IMG/VR virus record: IMGVR_UViG_3300045988_148153
Location: 1-64,000 of that record
From: a virus
Strand: one strand, 5' to 3'
Length of the DNA stretch: 64,000 nt
Part shown: positions 34,670-44,747 of the stretch, piece by piece
How the letters are laid out: every line of letters starts with the position of its first letter
Numbering within the stretch: position 1 is the first letter of the stretch
Position numbers and translations under genes: made by a program
The notes under the pieces: model-generated
What the model was told of the DNA's origin: nothing
The model's input: only the letters and a program-made list of their open reading frames with translations
Database searches by the model: none

Positions 34670-34870
34670 ATGGATAGTAACAACTTAGAAAACAGAATTG
34701 AATTTAGTAAGACACTCGCCTTTAAAGTAGATGATGATATGGAGGAAAATGATACTACTTTAATTGATTGGAAGACAGAAGCCATAATAACGGGGTATAC
34801 TTGGGCGTATTGTATAAACAAGCCATTAGGGAAAACAAAAAAAGATAGCCCGTTGAAACCTACCAAGTGA
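34670..34870 (+). CDS. small acidic protein
   Basis: 66-aa ORF immediately followed by a terminator hairpin. Confidence 0.4.
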   Translation: MDSNNLENRIEFSKTLAFKVDDDMEENDTTLIDWKTEAIITGYTWAYCINKPLGKTKKDSPLKPTK

Positions 34871-34893
34871 GCTACGTAAACGCGTAGCTTTTC
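34870..34893 (+). terminator. intrinsic terminator
   Basis: AGCTACG-N6-CGTAGCT followed by TTTT. Confidence 0.65.
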
Positions 34894-34986
34894 AGTTTGC
34901 AACGAACTATCTTTTCTGATACAAAGGAGGTTTTCTTGTATGGTTATATACTAAACCAGGAGAGAAATAGCTAAAGGATTTATAAT

Positions 34987-35175
34987 ATGAATGATGTAAA
35001 ACGAATAAAAAACATTACAAGGAGCCGCCAAACAAGGACTAAAGGTGATAGATTAGGGTGGGCTTTAAGAAATGAGGTTGAACATCCTCCCTTGCGTGAA
35101 ATTGTCGGAGAAGGAAGAATTGTTAGTGACTCTTGCTGCTTTATTTCAGCCTCTACGAAAAGAATTATACAATAA
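34987..35175 (+). CDS. small basic protein
   Basis: 62-aa ORF followed by a strong hairpin. Confidence 0.35.
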   Translation: MNDVKRIKNITRSRQTRTKGDRLGWALRNEVEHPPLREIVGEGRIVSDSCCFISASTKRIIQ

Positions 35176-35201
35176 AGCCAGACATTAAGTCTGGCTTTTT
35201 C
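35176..35201. terminator. bidirectional terminator at the island boundary
   Basis: AGCCAGAC-attaa-GTCTGGCT followed by TTTTT. Overlaps the stop of 35185-35691. Confidence 0.75.
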
Positions 35202-35691
35202 TTTGCAATACATCACCTTCGGCTTCTACGGTACAATCCTCTCCATGAATATAGACATACACTGATGCTATATCCTTTTGGATAACATTTACTTTTGCCC
35301 GGTCGTACACATTAATGAATACCTTGCAATACTGAGAGCAGTCAATGGTAACTTCACTGTCATGGCGCACATAAACATCACATACGGAAAAGCCGTCGAA
35401 TAGGAGAGTGCCTTTGCAGTTCCCGTTCAAAACAGCTATTTGTGGTATATTACGTTTCTGTACATCTTCATCCACGAAGATACCGTTTTTGTGAAGAATA
35501 GCTTTGTCGAAGTTTTCCTTTATGAAAGTGTTGGTGGGATAATTGTGTTTAATAGCAAAATCAATCCCATGCAGCCACTTGTCAATCAACCCTTGTTGGT
35601 CGGGAGTTCCCCATGCTTGTTGCCACGGCTGGCATAAACCAAGTGTGATTGCTTGGTTTAGTAATGTTCTGCTTAAATCCTTTTCGTTCAT
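35185..35691 (-). CDS. hypothetical protein downstream of the tape measure gene
   Basis: 168 aa. The C-terminal half has an alternating V-x-V/D-x-x-V pattern. Confidence 0.5.
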   Translation of the reverse strand: MNEKDLSRTLLNQAITLGLCQPWQQAWGTPDQQGLIDKWLHGIDFAIKHNYPTNTFIKENFDKAILHKNGIFVDEDVQKRNIPQIAVLNGNCKGTLLFDGFSVCDVYVRHDSEVTIDCSQYCKVFINVYDRAKVNVIQKDIASVYVYIHGEDCTVEAEGDVLQRKSQT

Positions 35692-35712
35692 AACGCATTA
35701 TATTGTCAATAT

Positions 35713-38700
35713 TTAACGGAAATAAAATCCCTTATCTTTCGTTAGCTTAGCTGAATGTATTTCATTCCTTAGTTCGGAAACCTCATTAAGGATTGCTTCA
35801 TTACTGTCGGCGGTTCTTCTTGTATTTTCTGTAATCATACTCAGTTGCCGCAGTTGTGCTTCTGCTATAACATTCATCTTGGGAAAATCCTCTTTGAAAA
35901 ACCTTTCTTGTAATGTCCGTTTTATACTTACATCGGCACGGATACTGTTTAAGTAGGAAGCCAAAATATTAGCGGTGTCTTCTGTTATGTTTTCCTGTAT
36001 CCCTTTGGAAAGTGTATTTGAGGCACTTGTCTCTTCAAGGCTTATTCCCATTTTTTTTGCAGCGGCATTTAGATAATCCCATATCTTTTTTGAATCAGAG
36101 ATTGTGCCTCTAAGGCTCCCAAGTTGTTGCATTAGCCCGGCCGCCTCTTGTTCGGTTAGATTGGTTCCCCCCGCAGAACTATCCGTAAATATACCCTTGT
36201 CTCCAAACAGATAATCCCTTAGACTATTCATCGATTTCTGTATGACATTTGCAGAAATCATCTCCTTTATGACATTGCGCATAATATCAGCCACCGTATC
36301 ATCAAAAGCCTTTGCCGCATCTTCTCCGTTGGCAAATGCATTAACTAAGGCTTCTGATATTTGGTCTGCCCAACCTTTTATGCCTATACCAAACTGCTCA
36401 CTTGCCAAATCTTCATAGAAGTATTTGATTTGTTCGCCCAACTCGATATACTGCTGTCGGTAGTCCTCTATTTTAGAACTGTCAGGGTCTTTTTTATCTG
36501 CCTCTGCCTGCGCCTGTTTTATAACCTCTTCTCTCTGTTTTTGAAGATTGGCAATCATTTCTTTGGATTGACTTTGAGTAACAGCGCCCAATTGCCGTTC
36601 AACGATAGATTGAAGATTTTTGTAATCATTAGAAAGCTTCTTCACTTCCAATTGGGAACGCTGAATTGCTTTGTCAAGCTTCTTGTCATGGGCTTTGGCT
36701 ATACTTCCTATAATTCCGGTAATACCACTGACGACACCTGTAGCCCCCTGCATGATAGCCATCGGGTTGCCGGAAGATATACCAGCGAAAAGGGTAGCAC
36801 CGCTTTGGGCGGTATTCAATAATCCACCCGCAACTTCTTGCACAGTACTTAGAGTTTCTCCCATACTGTCATTCCCTAAGGCATCAAATGCTGACCCTAA
36901 ATCTCCCAAAGTGCCGATAAGAAGATTAGCCATGTCGACAACATCTCCAAAGCCTACTTGAACTTTGTCGGAAGCTGCATTTTGTTCGTCTTGTGCATCA
37001 GTAACTTCCCTTTCCGCATCAGCTAATGTTTTTAATTTAGGAGTTAATTTATCAACGACTTTAGTCTGATAGGATAAACCGCTATCTGTTTTCTTGGTTT
37101 CGGTATGACTTGTTTCTGAAATACCGGTAGTAACTTCACCGCCATTTTGAATAAACCCAAGCTCTTTTTGAGCTTTTTTCAGCTTTTTGGTGGCTTCTGC
37201 ATACTCTTTTATGCCGTCTGACAATGTTTTGAAAGGGTTTCTGCTTTCGCTTTCATCGCGTAGCTTTTTTAAAACATTGACAAGCTCCTTGAACTCGTTA
37301 ACTTTTAAGCTTTGTCCGGTCGTATTTTTAAACTCTTCCAGGTTCTTGATTAGCCTATCAAGAGTTGCAGAAGATAGTCTATCAAGGTCATCAAAGGTCT
37401 TAGCCCAGTCTTCCGAACTTTTGAATTGTTCAAATTTGGTTGATGCAGCATCTTCGCTCGCTTTCTTTTTCCTTTGCGCTATAAGTCTATTTGTGGCTTC
37501 TTCTCCTAATTGCCCTCTTTGGCTTTCAATATCTGCTAAGTCCTTTTGAAGATTACGTTCAATATCCTTTATTTTTTGGGCATAATCTTTATAATCCTCT
37601 ATCATGCCTAAAAGATTTTCAAGGCTTTCTGAACGCATCTTCTTACTTTCCTCGTTGATTGATTGGTATAGCTTCAGAATAGCCCCTTCCCCAAATCGCT
37701 TCTTTACATCATCTTCTTTCATGGCAAGCACATCTGTAACAGAGAATTTACTGCCTGTTTCAGCAAGTGCTTTAGAAAGCTGGCTTCGCAAATCATCAAC
37801 CATGCTTTTAAATGACACTTCTCCACCAAAGGCTATGTTCATGGAAAGAGATTTGTTTCCGGAAGCATTAAACAGCTTTTTGTATAAATCCCACTTTTCT
37901 CCGGTTTGGGAAATATACTTTTCTATCTCCTTTAAGGTATTATCAACTTCTTTCTTTGCGCTATCAATTCCCGCCTTGTCAATCTTGACACCAAGAGAAA
38001 TGTATAAATCTTCCTGTTTTTCTTTACTGCGGTCTAACTGTCCTTGAATGTATTTGTAAGCTTTGCTTGGGTTGTTCAAATCTAAATTAACACCCTTCTC
38101 ATCAAAAACAGATGAAAACTCGGATATGCCTTTTACTCTTTGGGTAGCCGCTTCATCTCCTTCTATCTTTCTCCATTTCTCATAGCTGGAAAGGGCTTTT
38201 TCTATAAGGTCGGAACGGTCTTTCCATTGTTCAGCGATAGGGTCTTTCGTGTTTTGGGTCTCTTTGGTTACACGCCCGAATGTTTTTAGTATTTCATCTG
38301 TGGCATTCTTTAACAGCTTGGCTTTGTCTATACTTTTACGAGTTTCTTCATTCCATTCACCCTCTTTTTTAGTCCATTCGCTAAGAGTAGAAGCCGCATC
38401 TTCATTAGCACCGATTATACTTTCTATATACTTTTGAAAACCTCCTTCTGCATCAGGCTTTAGCCTCTCAATATCAAATTTCTCGTATAATTCAGTTGCT
38501 TTTTTGAACCAAGCTGGTTCCTTCCCTTGCTGCCCTCCTTTTGTGCTTGTATATGTTTCATATGTTTTTAAAGCATCATTTAATGCTTTTTGAGCTTGTT
38601 CTAAAACTTCCGTTTGGGACTTTATTCTTTTGTCAATATCACCTAACTTAGCAGACCCACCGGGCAAAGTTGCCACTTGCCGCCTTTGCATTTTTAGCGC

Positions 38701-40662
38701 TTCAAGTTGCCTTTTGGCTTCATTTCTATTATTGGTAGCTTCGATAACCACTCCTGCACTTTTTATTTTTTCTCTTTCCCTTGAAGCGGATACTACTTTT
38801 TGGATAGCTTGATATTCTCCCTCTAATAGAAATTGCTCAAATTTCATATTCTCAAAGACGGCTGGATATATTTTCTGAAGGTTTATATATGCTCTTCTTT
38901 GTGCGTCAATTTCGGTTGTCTTGTTAAATATTTGAGAAATATATCCTTTAGCTTTATTTTCTTGCTCTTTTATATTTTCTATATTTTTTTCAAACTCAAT
39001 ATTTAACTCCCTTGTTTTTTCTGAAAGGCTTTTTGTTTTATCTCCTAAAGCCATATATAAACTTACTAATGTGCCAATAGCGGTAATTGCTATTACCCAG
39101 GGATTGGACTTCATCGCTGCATTTAATGCCCATTGGGCTACGGTTTGCGCTTTTGTTGCTGCTGTAAGTCCTTTTATAGCTCTTGCCCTGTTTACAATGG
39201 TTTGAACAGCCTCTATTTTTAGGTTTGCTTTCTCAATGGCATTCACGGTTATCACAGCCGTCTTGTAAAATCCATAAGCCCCCACAAGCGTACCAAGTAT
39301 AGCTGCAACAGCTTCCCAATGTTCCATTAACTTTGTAAGCAAATCCAAACTATCTGAAAGCACGCCACTATTGCCTTCCGCAATGTCAGCCATCATCACA
39401 TCCCAAGCATCCTGCAAGTTGCTCCATTTACCAGCAAGGCTTTCCGCAAGGGCTTCCTGCATGTTGTAGAATTTTCCACCTTCATCGGTCAGCTCCCAAA
39501 GGACATCTTTTACCATTCCGAAACTAACTTCTTTCCGGCTGATTTTGTCGAATACGTCTCCGGCAGAAGTTACCACTCCCGTAAGTTTAGTGAACCGTTT
39601 CGCCAATTCATCCACCAAAGGAATACCCGCTTCTGTAAACTGCCTCAATTCCTGCCCACGGAGAAATGCCGCACTACGCACCTGTCCGTACGCCAATATG
39701 ATACGCCCCATATCGACACCGACACCTGCGGAAATATCGGCAAGTCTCTTGGTTGTATCATAAAGTTCTTCATACGGAATACTATACGCAGAAAGCTGTT
39801 TGGTATATGACGCCAATTCCTTGAACTGAAACGGAGAAACTACCGCCAAATCCTTGATACGGTTGAATATGGTTTCAGCCTTCATACTATCTCCGATAAT
39901 GGAAGTAAGTGTAATGCGTTGCTTCTGAAACTCTCCACCAATAGTATATAATCCCCTGACAAAACGCTCTATGCTATAAATGGAGTACACATTGGCGATT
40001 TGGTTTTTCAATTCCCCAGCTATCCGTGATTGAGAAGACATGGTACTGTTCGTCCTCTTCATTGCTGCATTGTGTGTATCGGAAGCCTTTGCAGCCTGCA
40101 TTCGGGCAATTCTAAGCTGTTCAAGGGCTTTTTGAGAGCTGGCGTAAGCATCTGCACGTTTCATTTGGGTATTTGCATAAGCATCCGCACGGATTGTTGA
40201 AGACGCTGCCTGGGCAGCTCTTAGTAATGCTTCGGATTGTTCACGCCCCCTTTTAAGACTTGCATTCAGCTGCTCACGTTCCTTTTTGATACTGGCATCT
40301 AATTGTTCTCGTTCCTTCCTAATGTCTTGAAGAACCCTCTTGTATGTCGCATCAGCATCCATACGTACTGTTGTTGCAAACCCTTTAATTCCCCTTAATT
40401 CATCAGAAGTCATCCCTTTCCCCTTGAATGATTCCATGAAACTCTTAATACTTTCATTATCTACGCCAAGCTTTACCTTGTAGGTCTTGTTTTTCAACAA
40501 GGCTTCTGCCTTGTCTTCAATTTCCTTTACATCTACCTTTAGTCCAACCTTTGCGCTGGTCGCAATGTGCATGTTCACAAGTTTTTTCTTGATAGCTTCA
40601 TACTCTTGTTCTGTATAATTTTTCAAGTGAACGCCAAAATTCAAATTTCCGAGGTCTGCCAT
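35713..40662 (-). CDS. tail tape measure protein
   Basis: 1649 aa, coiled-coil rich with central hydrophobic segments, located downstream of the chaperone genes. Confidence 0.85.
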   Translation of the reverse strand: MADLGNLNFGVHLKNYTEQEYEAIKKKLVNMHIATSAKVGLKVDVKEIEDKAEALLKNKTYKVKLGVDNESIKSFMESFKGKGMTSDELRGIKGFATTVRMDADATYKRVLQDIRKEREQLDASIKKEREQLNASLKRGREQSEALLRAAQAASSTIRADAYANTQMKRADAYASSQKALEQLRIARMQAAKASDTHNAAMKRTNSTMSSQSRIAGELKNQIANVYSIYSIERFVRGLYTIGGEFQKQRITLTSIIGDSMKAETIFNRIKDLAVVSPFQFKELASYTKQLSAYSIPYEELYDTTKRLADISAGVGVDMGRIILAYGQVRSAAFLRGQELRQFTEAGIPLVDELAKRFTKLTGVVTSAGDVFDKISRKEVSFGMVKDVLWELTDEGGKFYNMQEALAESLAGKWSNLQDAWDVMMADIAEGNSGVLSDSLDLLTKLMEHWEAVAAILGTLVGAYGFYKTAVITVNAIEKANLKIEAVQTIVNRARAIKGLTAATKAQTVAQWALNAAMKSNPWVIAITAIGTLVSLYMALGDKTKSLSEKTRELNIEFEKNIENIKEQENKAKGYISQIFNKTTEIDAQRRAYINLQKIYPAVFENMKFEQFLLEGEYQAIQKVVSASREREKIKSAGVVIEATNNRNEAKRQLEALKMQRRQVATLPGGSAKLGDIDKRIKSQTEVLEQAQKALNDALKTYETYTSTKGGQQGKEPAWFKKATELYEKFDIERLKPDAEGGFQKYIESIIGANEDAASTLSEWTKKEGEWNEETRKSIDKAKLLKNATDEILKTFGRVTKETQNTKDPIAEQWKDRSDLIEKALSSYEKWRKIEGDEAATQRVKGISEFSSVFDEKGVNLDLNNPSKAYKYIQGQLDRSKEKQEDLYISLGVKIDKAGIDSAKKEVDNTLKEIEKYISQTGEKWDLYKKLFNASGNKSLSMNIAFGGEVSFKSMVDDLRSQLSKALAETGSKFSVTDVLAMKEDDVKKRFGEGAILKLYQSINEESKKMRSESLENLLGMIEDYKDYAQKIKDIERNLQKDLADIESQRGQLGEEATNRLIAQRKKKASEDAASTKFEQFKSSEDWAKTFDDLDRLSSATLDRLIKNLEEFKNTTGQSLKVNEFKELVNVLKKLRDESESRNPFKTLSDGIKEYAEATKKLKKAQKELGFIQNGGEVTTGISETSHTETKKTDSGLSYQTKVVDKLTPKLKTLADAEREVTDAQDEQNAASDKVQVGFGDVVDMANLLIGTLGDLGSAFDALGNDSMGETLSTVQEVAGGLLNTAQSGATLFAGISSGNPMAIMQGATGVVSGITGIIGSIAKAHDKKLDKAIQRSQLEVKKLSNDYKNLQSIVERQLGAVTQSQSKEMIANLQKQREEVIKQAQAEADKKDPDSSKIEDYRQQYIELGEQIKYFYEDLASEQFGIGIKGWADQISEALVNAFANGEDAAKAFDDTVADIMRNVIKEMISANVIQKSMNSLRDYLFGDKGIFTDSSAGGTNLTEQEAAGLMQQLGSLRGTISDSKKIWDYLNAAAKKMGISLEETSASNTLSKGIQENITEDTANILASYLNSIRADVSIKRTLQERFFKEDFPKMNVIAEAQLRQLSMITENTRRTADSNEAILNEVSELRNEIHSAKLTKDKGFYFR

Positions 40663-40664
40663 AG

Positions 40665-41356
40665 CTATTTACCCTTTCTTTTAAAAATAAATCCTTTACA
40701 AGTTTTTTGTTTACCTGATATGCAATAATCAATGTTTCTACGACAAATATTTAAGGTTTCAGACGCTTCTTTAGAATTCCTGAATTCGTTAATAAATTCC
40801 CCTTCTAACGTATATTGTTGAACTGGATGCGCCATAGATATTCTTGCTTCTGATATTTTTTTTCTTATTTCTGGCGTATAGTTTATAGGAGTATATTTCC
40901 TTCCAATTAATTTTTCTTTCTGTTCTTTTGTCCATTTATATCCCAAGCTATTTTTATTCCCAATATGAGATAATGACATTTTTCTTCTTGTTTCCCCAGA
41001 AAGAGTTTTTCCTTTTTGAGCTTACTGCGATTTATAGCTGAAATTGGATTAGAATAATTTTCGGGGCGAGTGACCCATCTAAGGTTCTCAACACGATTAT
41101 TCATTCGATTTGTGTCTATATGGTCTATTTCTGGTTTATTATTGGGATTATCCAGAAATGCTGATGCAACAAGCCTGTGAACAAGGTGGCTATTAGCATA
41201 TTTCCCATTCCAATATTTAATTACTAAATATCCATTCTTCGTTTTCTGAGGTTTTAGTAATTTGCCACTACGACCAATAACCCTCCCTAAATTAGAGACC
41301 TTTATAGGTCTATCTCCTAACATTGTTTCTTTCCAAACTTCTTGGATTATAGCCAT
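40665..41356 (-). pseudogene. HNH + NUMOD homing endonuclease split by a frameshift
   Basis: 41356-40907 carries IDHIDTNRMNNRVENLRWVTRPEN (HNH). 40979-40665 carries NUMOD3-like GKTLSGETRRKMSLSHIGNKNS. The frames switch around the A5 runs at 41006-41017. Confidence 0.7.
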
Positions 41357-41361
41357 GTCAA

Positions 41362-41619
41362 TTATTGTTTTGTGTCTTTTTTGATAGCGTTAACGCCGTT
41401 TACCATAAAATCATTAAGGGAAACTCTTTGTCCTTTCATTTCCTGCTCTTTTCTCTTTGCTTCCCACTTCCTTTTTAATTCTTCCATTTCTTTGGCTGTA
41501 TGCGTTTTCTTCTCTGCGTCTACTTTGTCATATACCACAATCGGGGCGTCACACATCAGAAGTTCATATTGGGCGCATGTCAATACCCAATCCATATACC
41601 AATTAGGGATATTAATCAT
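41362..41619 (-). CDS. tail assembly chaperone T-part candidate
   Basis: Its frame is open upstream into the end of 41646-42122 in the -1 frame. Confidence 0.4.
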   Translation of the reverse strand: MINIPNWYMDWVLTCAQYELLMCDAPIVVYDKVDAEKKTHTAKEMEELKRKWEAKRKEQEMKGQRVSLNDFMVNGVNAIKKDTKQ

Positions 41620-41645
41620 TCCCCAAAGAAGAATTAACGGACGTG

Positions 41646-42122
41646 TCAGTTCCGGGTGTTTTTCTCCGTTTGCGAATGCTGCTCCTGCCGAAGTTCTTGA
41701 AGGATACGTTCTGCTTCCTTTCTCGTCATCGTCATTATCGTGTCTCTCATTCCGGTCAAGAACATGGTAGCATTCAAGTATTCCAGTTTCTGCAATTCCA
41801 CTTTTTTTTTACCAATGACAACAACATCGGTTAGCTCTGTATCTGTGTACTTTTTCCACAGCATACGCCAATATATCCAATGGAAAAGCCTTATCTTCCA
41901 CCAATTATTCAGAATAATGAGAGAGGCGCATTTGGCAGTGACTTCATCCTCGCTTTTACAGGAATGCAAAACATGGGTGAGCTTTCGTATTGTTCCACGG
42001 TGCAGCCATTTTATACCGAACTTTTTTCCTTTTATCGTAACGTAATCTACGCTGTTCTCCAGTACATCATCAAGCGTTTTTTGTTCTGATGTGGTAGGCT
42101 GATTTATTGTTTTATCGTTCAT
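41646..42122 (-). CDS. tail assembly chaperone (gpG-like)
   Basis: Lies between the tail tube and tape measure genes. The likely start is MNDKTINQ at 42122. Confidence 0.45.
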   Translation of the reverse strand: MNDKTINQPTTSEQKTLDDVLENSVDYVTIKGKKFGIKWLHRGTIRKLTHVLHSCKSEDEVTAKCASLIILNNWWKIRLFHWIYWRMLWKKYTDTELTDVVVIGKKKVELQKLEYLNATMFLTGMRDTIMTMTRKEAERILQELRQEQHSQTEKNTRN

Positions 42123-42185
42123 GCCGTTTTTTATGAGAAGTTGAAAAAGAAAAGGCGGCGGCAATAATGCGCACCGCCATGTTGC

Positions 42186-43016
42186 CTAAATAGCAGAACC
42201 TTTCTGTGTGACTTCTACTTGCCCAAATTCTGTGGGAGTAGATATGTTTACAGTAGCTGTTCTTTCGGACTCTCCGCTATTTTCAGTAACCTTGACCGTT
42301 ACCACTCTCCCGCTGACAGATGTTTCGCACCAAGTTTCTGTTGATGAAGCGGAAACGGTGCTTTCTTTTGTTGTAGCGGTAATGGTCTGCCCTGTGTTAT
42401 CTGCCGTATTAGAGAACGACAGGGAAGTAGGAGCTACGGTCAGGCTGCTTTTTTTTGTCAAGAAAGCGATATTGTCGTCCGAAGATGCGTCTGATACCGC
42501 CCCATCCTCAATTTCAATGGTTCCGCTCAATGCAAAACCGAATGGGGTAGTGGAAGCATTTTCAAACAAGGGACGCGCGTAAATAGCCATTTTCTTAACA
42601 AGCAGACATTTTTCGGCATCATCACTCAGTAGGGCAAAACCGACATTCAGCTTTTTATTGCTAAGTGTAGCGGAAAAACCGGAATAAGCAACTCCGTTCA
42701 CCATGGCATTTGAAATATCATTGGCTTCTCCGAGGAAATACTCTACCAGTTCCTTGCTCATACTCGGAACAGTGGCAGCAAATGTAATATCACCCGCAGT
42801 ACTTGTCACCGCCCAGTCTGCCTGCAAACCGTGTACTTTTGTACGGTTTAACGTCGGTTCTGCTTGGGATAAGGTAAGCGCGTCTACAGTAACGGGCAAA
42901 TCAAAATCCGGTTCTACAGATGCAAAGTCTGTAATGCCCCCTTTTACCAGCATAATGGATGAAAGTCCGCTGAATACGTCTTTCAACTCTTGTTTTGTTT
43001 TCATTGCCATAATCAA
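42186..43016 (-). CDS. major tail (tube) protein with C-terminal BACON-like domain
   Basis: Positional assignment. The C-terminal ~85 aa (SLSFSNTADNTGQTITA..TWCETSVSGRVVTVKVTENSGESERTATVNI..VEVTQKG) match the BACON pattern. Confidence 0.6.
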   Translation of the reverse strand: MIMAMKTKQELKDVFSGLSSIMLVKGGITDFASVEPDFDLPVTVDALTLSQAEPTLNRTKVHGLQADWAVTSTAGDITFAATVPSMSKELVEYFLGEANDISNAMVNGVAYSGFSATLSNKKLNVGFALLSDDAEKCLLVKKMAIYARPLFENASTTPFGFALSGTIEIEDGAVSDASSDDNIAFLTKKSSLTVAPTSLSFSNTADNTGQTITATTKESTVSASSTETWCETSVSGRVVTVKVTENSGESERTATVNISTPTEFGQVEVTQKGSAI

Positions 43017-43042
43017 TAGTTTTAATCGTTTTTATTTTATAT

Positions 43043-43447
43043 TTATTTTATCACAAGGTCAGCCCTTATCAATGTTGCGCTGAAACCTAATCCGTCACTA
43101 CCTTTCAAGGTCAATTTAGGATTGGAAGCTGTAATAGCTTTGTCGCTTATTGGGAACAGGGAAAGAACTTTCCCTACAAGACTATCCATTTTTCCCAGGT
43201 CTTCCGCTCCGCCTTTTTTCTGTCTTACATATATTTCAATGGTACAATATGTACGAATATTACCAAACCCGCTACCATAGGTCGTTGCAGATAATAATCC
43301 GGGTAATGATACTACGATGAAATCATTCATTTGCTTGGCTACGGCTGCGGGGCGGTCGTTGGTAAAAACGCTGTCGCTAACTGTATTTGTCGCATCAAAT
43401 AGTGATTTCAACGCATCCTTGTATTTAAAATCCTGTTCGTATCCCAT
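43043..43447 (-). CDS. tail completion/terminator-like protein
   Basis: Position only. Confidence 0.35.
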   Translation of the reverse strand: MGYEQDFKYKDALKSLFDATNTVSDSVFTNDRPAAVAKQMNDFIVVSLPGLLSATTYGSGFGNIRTYCTIEIYVRQKKGGAEDLGKMDSLVGKVLSLFPISDKAITASNPKLTLKGSDGLGFSATLIRADLVIK

Positions 43448-43449
43448 AG

Positions 43450-44019
43450 TTAAAATGATAATTCATTTGGCGCATAAGTTATTGGACTAAAAGGAGCCAG
43501 TGATGAGCTGTTGAAAGTATTTTTTCCAATTAAGTTTGTACCACTATTTTTAACAAACTGATATGCGTCACTCATAACAATCAGTCCCTTTTTGCTTTCC
43601 AAATATTCTGCATAGTGAGTTCCTACTACAAATACAATACTTATTCCTTTAGCGATAGGATTATAATAACTTTTCAGAAATTCAATTGATGCTTCAAATC
43701 CATAGTAATGAGCATAGCTTTTGCTATCTTTGGGAGCTCTGAATTTAGTATTCTTGTCAAACTCTCCGCCAACCAATGTTCTTCTTTTAGTAAATTCCCT
43801 ATCATAAGGAGTATCGTATGTAAGGAGCTTTCCGTCGTAGTATATCCCCCATGCGATAGAACCTCTTGTATTTCCAGTGACATTATGATATGTTCCTGTT
43901 TCTCGGATTACATTGCTTATTTGGGAAGCTATTTTTTTAGCTCCCATAATAAGAGACTTCTGTATTAATACATCCATCTTTTTCTTTGCCTCTTCCAAGA
44001 CCTTAACATTATCATCCAT
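43450..44019 (-). CDS. head-tail joining protein candidate
   Basis: Position only. The start is moved to MDDNVKV at 44019 to avoid overlap. Confidence 0.35.
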   Translation of the reverse strand: MDDNVKVLEEAKKKMDVLIQKSLIMGAKKIASQISNVIRETGTYHNVTGNTRGSIAWGIYYDGKLLTYDTPYDREFTKRRTLVGGEFDKNTKFRAPKDSKSYAHYYGFEASIEFLKSYYNPIAKGISIVFVVGTHYAEYLESKKGLIVMSDAYQFVKNSGTNLIGKNTFNSSSLAPFSPITYAPNELSF

Positions 44020-44023
44020 AACC

Positions 44024-44347
44024 TTAATTTTTAGCCATATTGAAATACAATGTAGTCCCCATTTCAGTTGCGTAACAATCCGTAACAGTACATGCTTCAA
44101 AAGAGCTACCGTAATCGGTTACGTCCACAAGGTCTCCCGCAAGAATACCTTTCACAAGACCGGGAATGTCTATCGCATAATCACTTTTTATCACATTGCT
44201 TTTTGTGAATGTCCTTAAGCTGGAACTTCCGTACTTGTTACATTCTCCTTCATACAGCACAGTTTCGCTTCCCTCATCAAAAGATGTTTCTCCGGAAATA
44301 CGATATACCTTGCATGTATGCGGAAAACGTGGATTGTTTATTTTCAT
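44024..44347 (-). CDS. head closure protein candidate
   Basis: Position only. Confidence 0.35.
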   Translation of the reverse strand: MKINNPRFPHTCKVYRISGETSFDEGSETVLYEGECNKYGSSSLRTFTKSNVIKSDYAIDIPGLVKGILAGDLVDVTDYGSSFEACTVTDCYATEMGTTLYFNMAKN

Positions 44348-44745
44348 AGCGGGTATCTCTTGTTCATGTTCATGCCTAAATTGATAATCCTGATAGATGA
44401 TTTCCGGACATTCTCTCCATACAATGCGTATATGTCATTAGCCATCTGCCGAAGGTTGCGCTTGTCATAAGCGGAGCTTTGTGTACCGCCTTCTTTGTGC
44501 TTCCATACGCCATTGGAATCCTCTACGCTTCCTGTTACACTGGGAGTACTTGCACACCACATATAAAGGTCTGCCCGGCACAAGTCTTTTTGACGCTTTT
44601 CTAATGTTGCAACATCTGTTCCGGGCGCAATCTCCCTGTCAATCAATATTGTATTGATAGCACTATCTGTAACTTCAAAACCAACACAACCACGAAGATA
44701 AGCTTCAATGGTCGTGTTAGCGATTGTATTTTGAGAACCATTCAT
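44344..44745 (-). CDS. head-tail connector protein candidate
   Basis: Position directly after the capsid gene. Confidence 0.4.
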   Translation of the reverse strand: MNGSQNTIANTTIEAYLRGCVGFEVTDSAINTILIDREIAPGTDVATLEKRQKDLCRADLYMWCASTPSVTGSVEDSNGVWKHKEGGTQSSAYDKRNLRQMANDIYALYGENVRKSSIRIINLGMNMNKRYPL

Positions 44746-44747
44746 GG

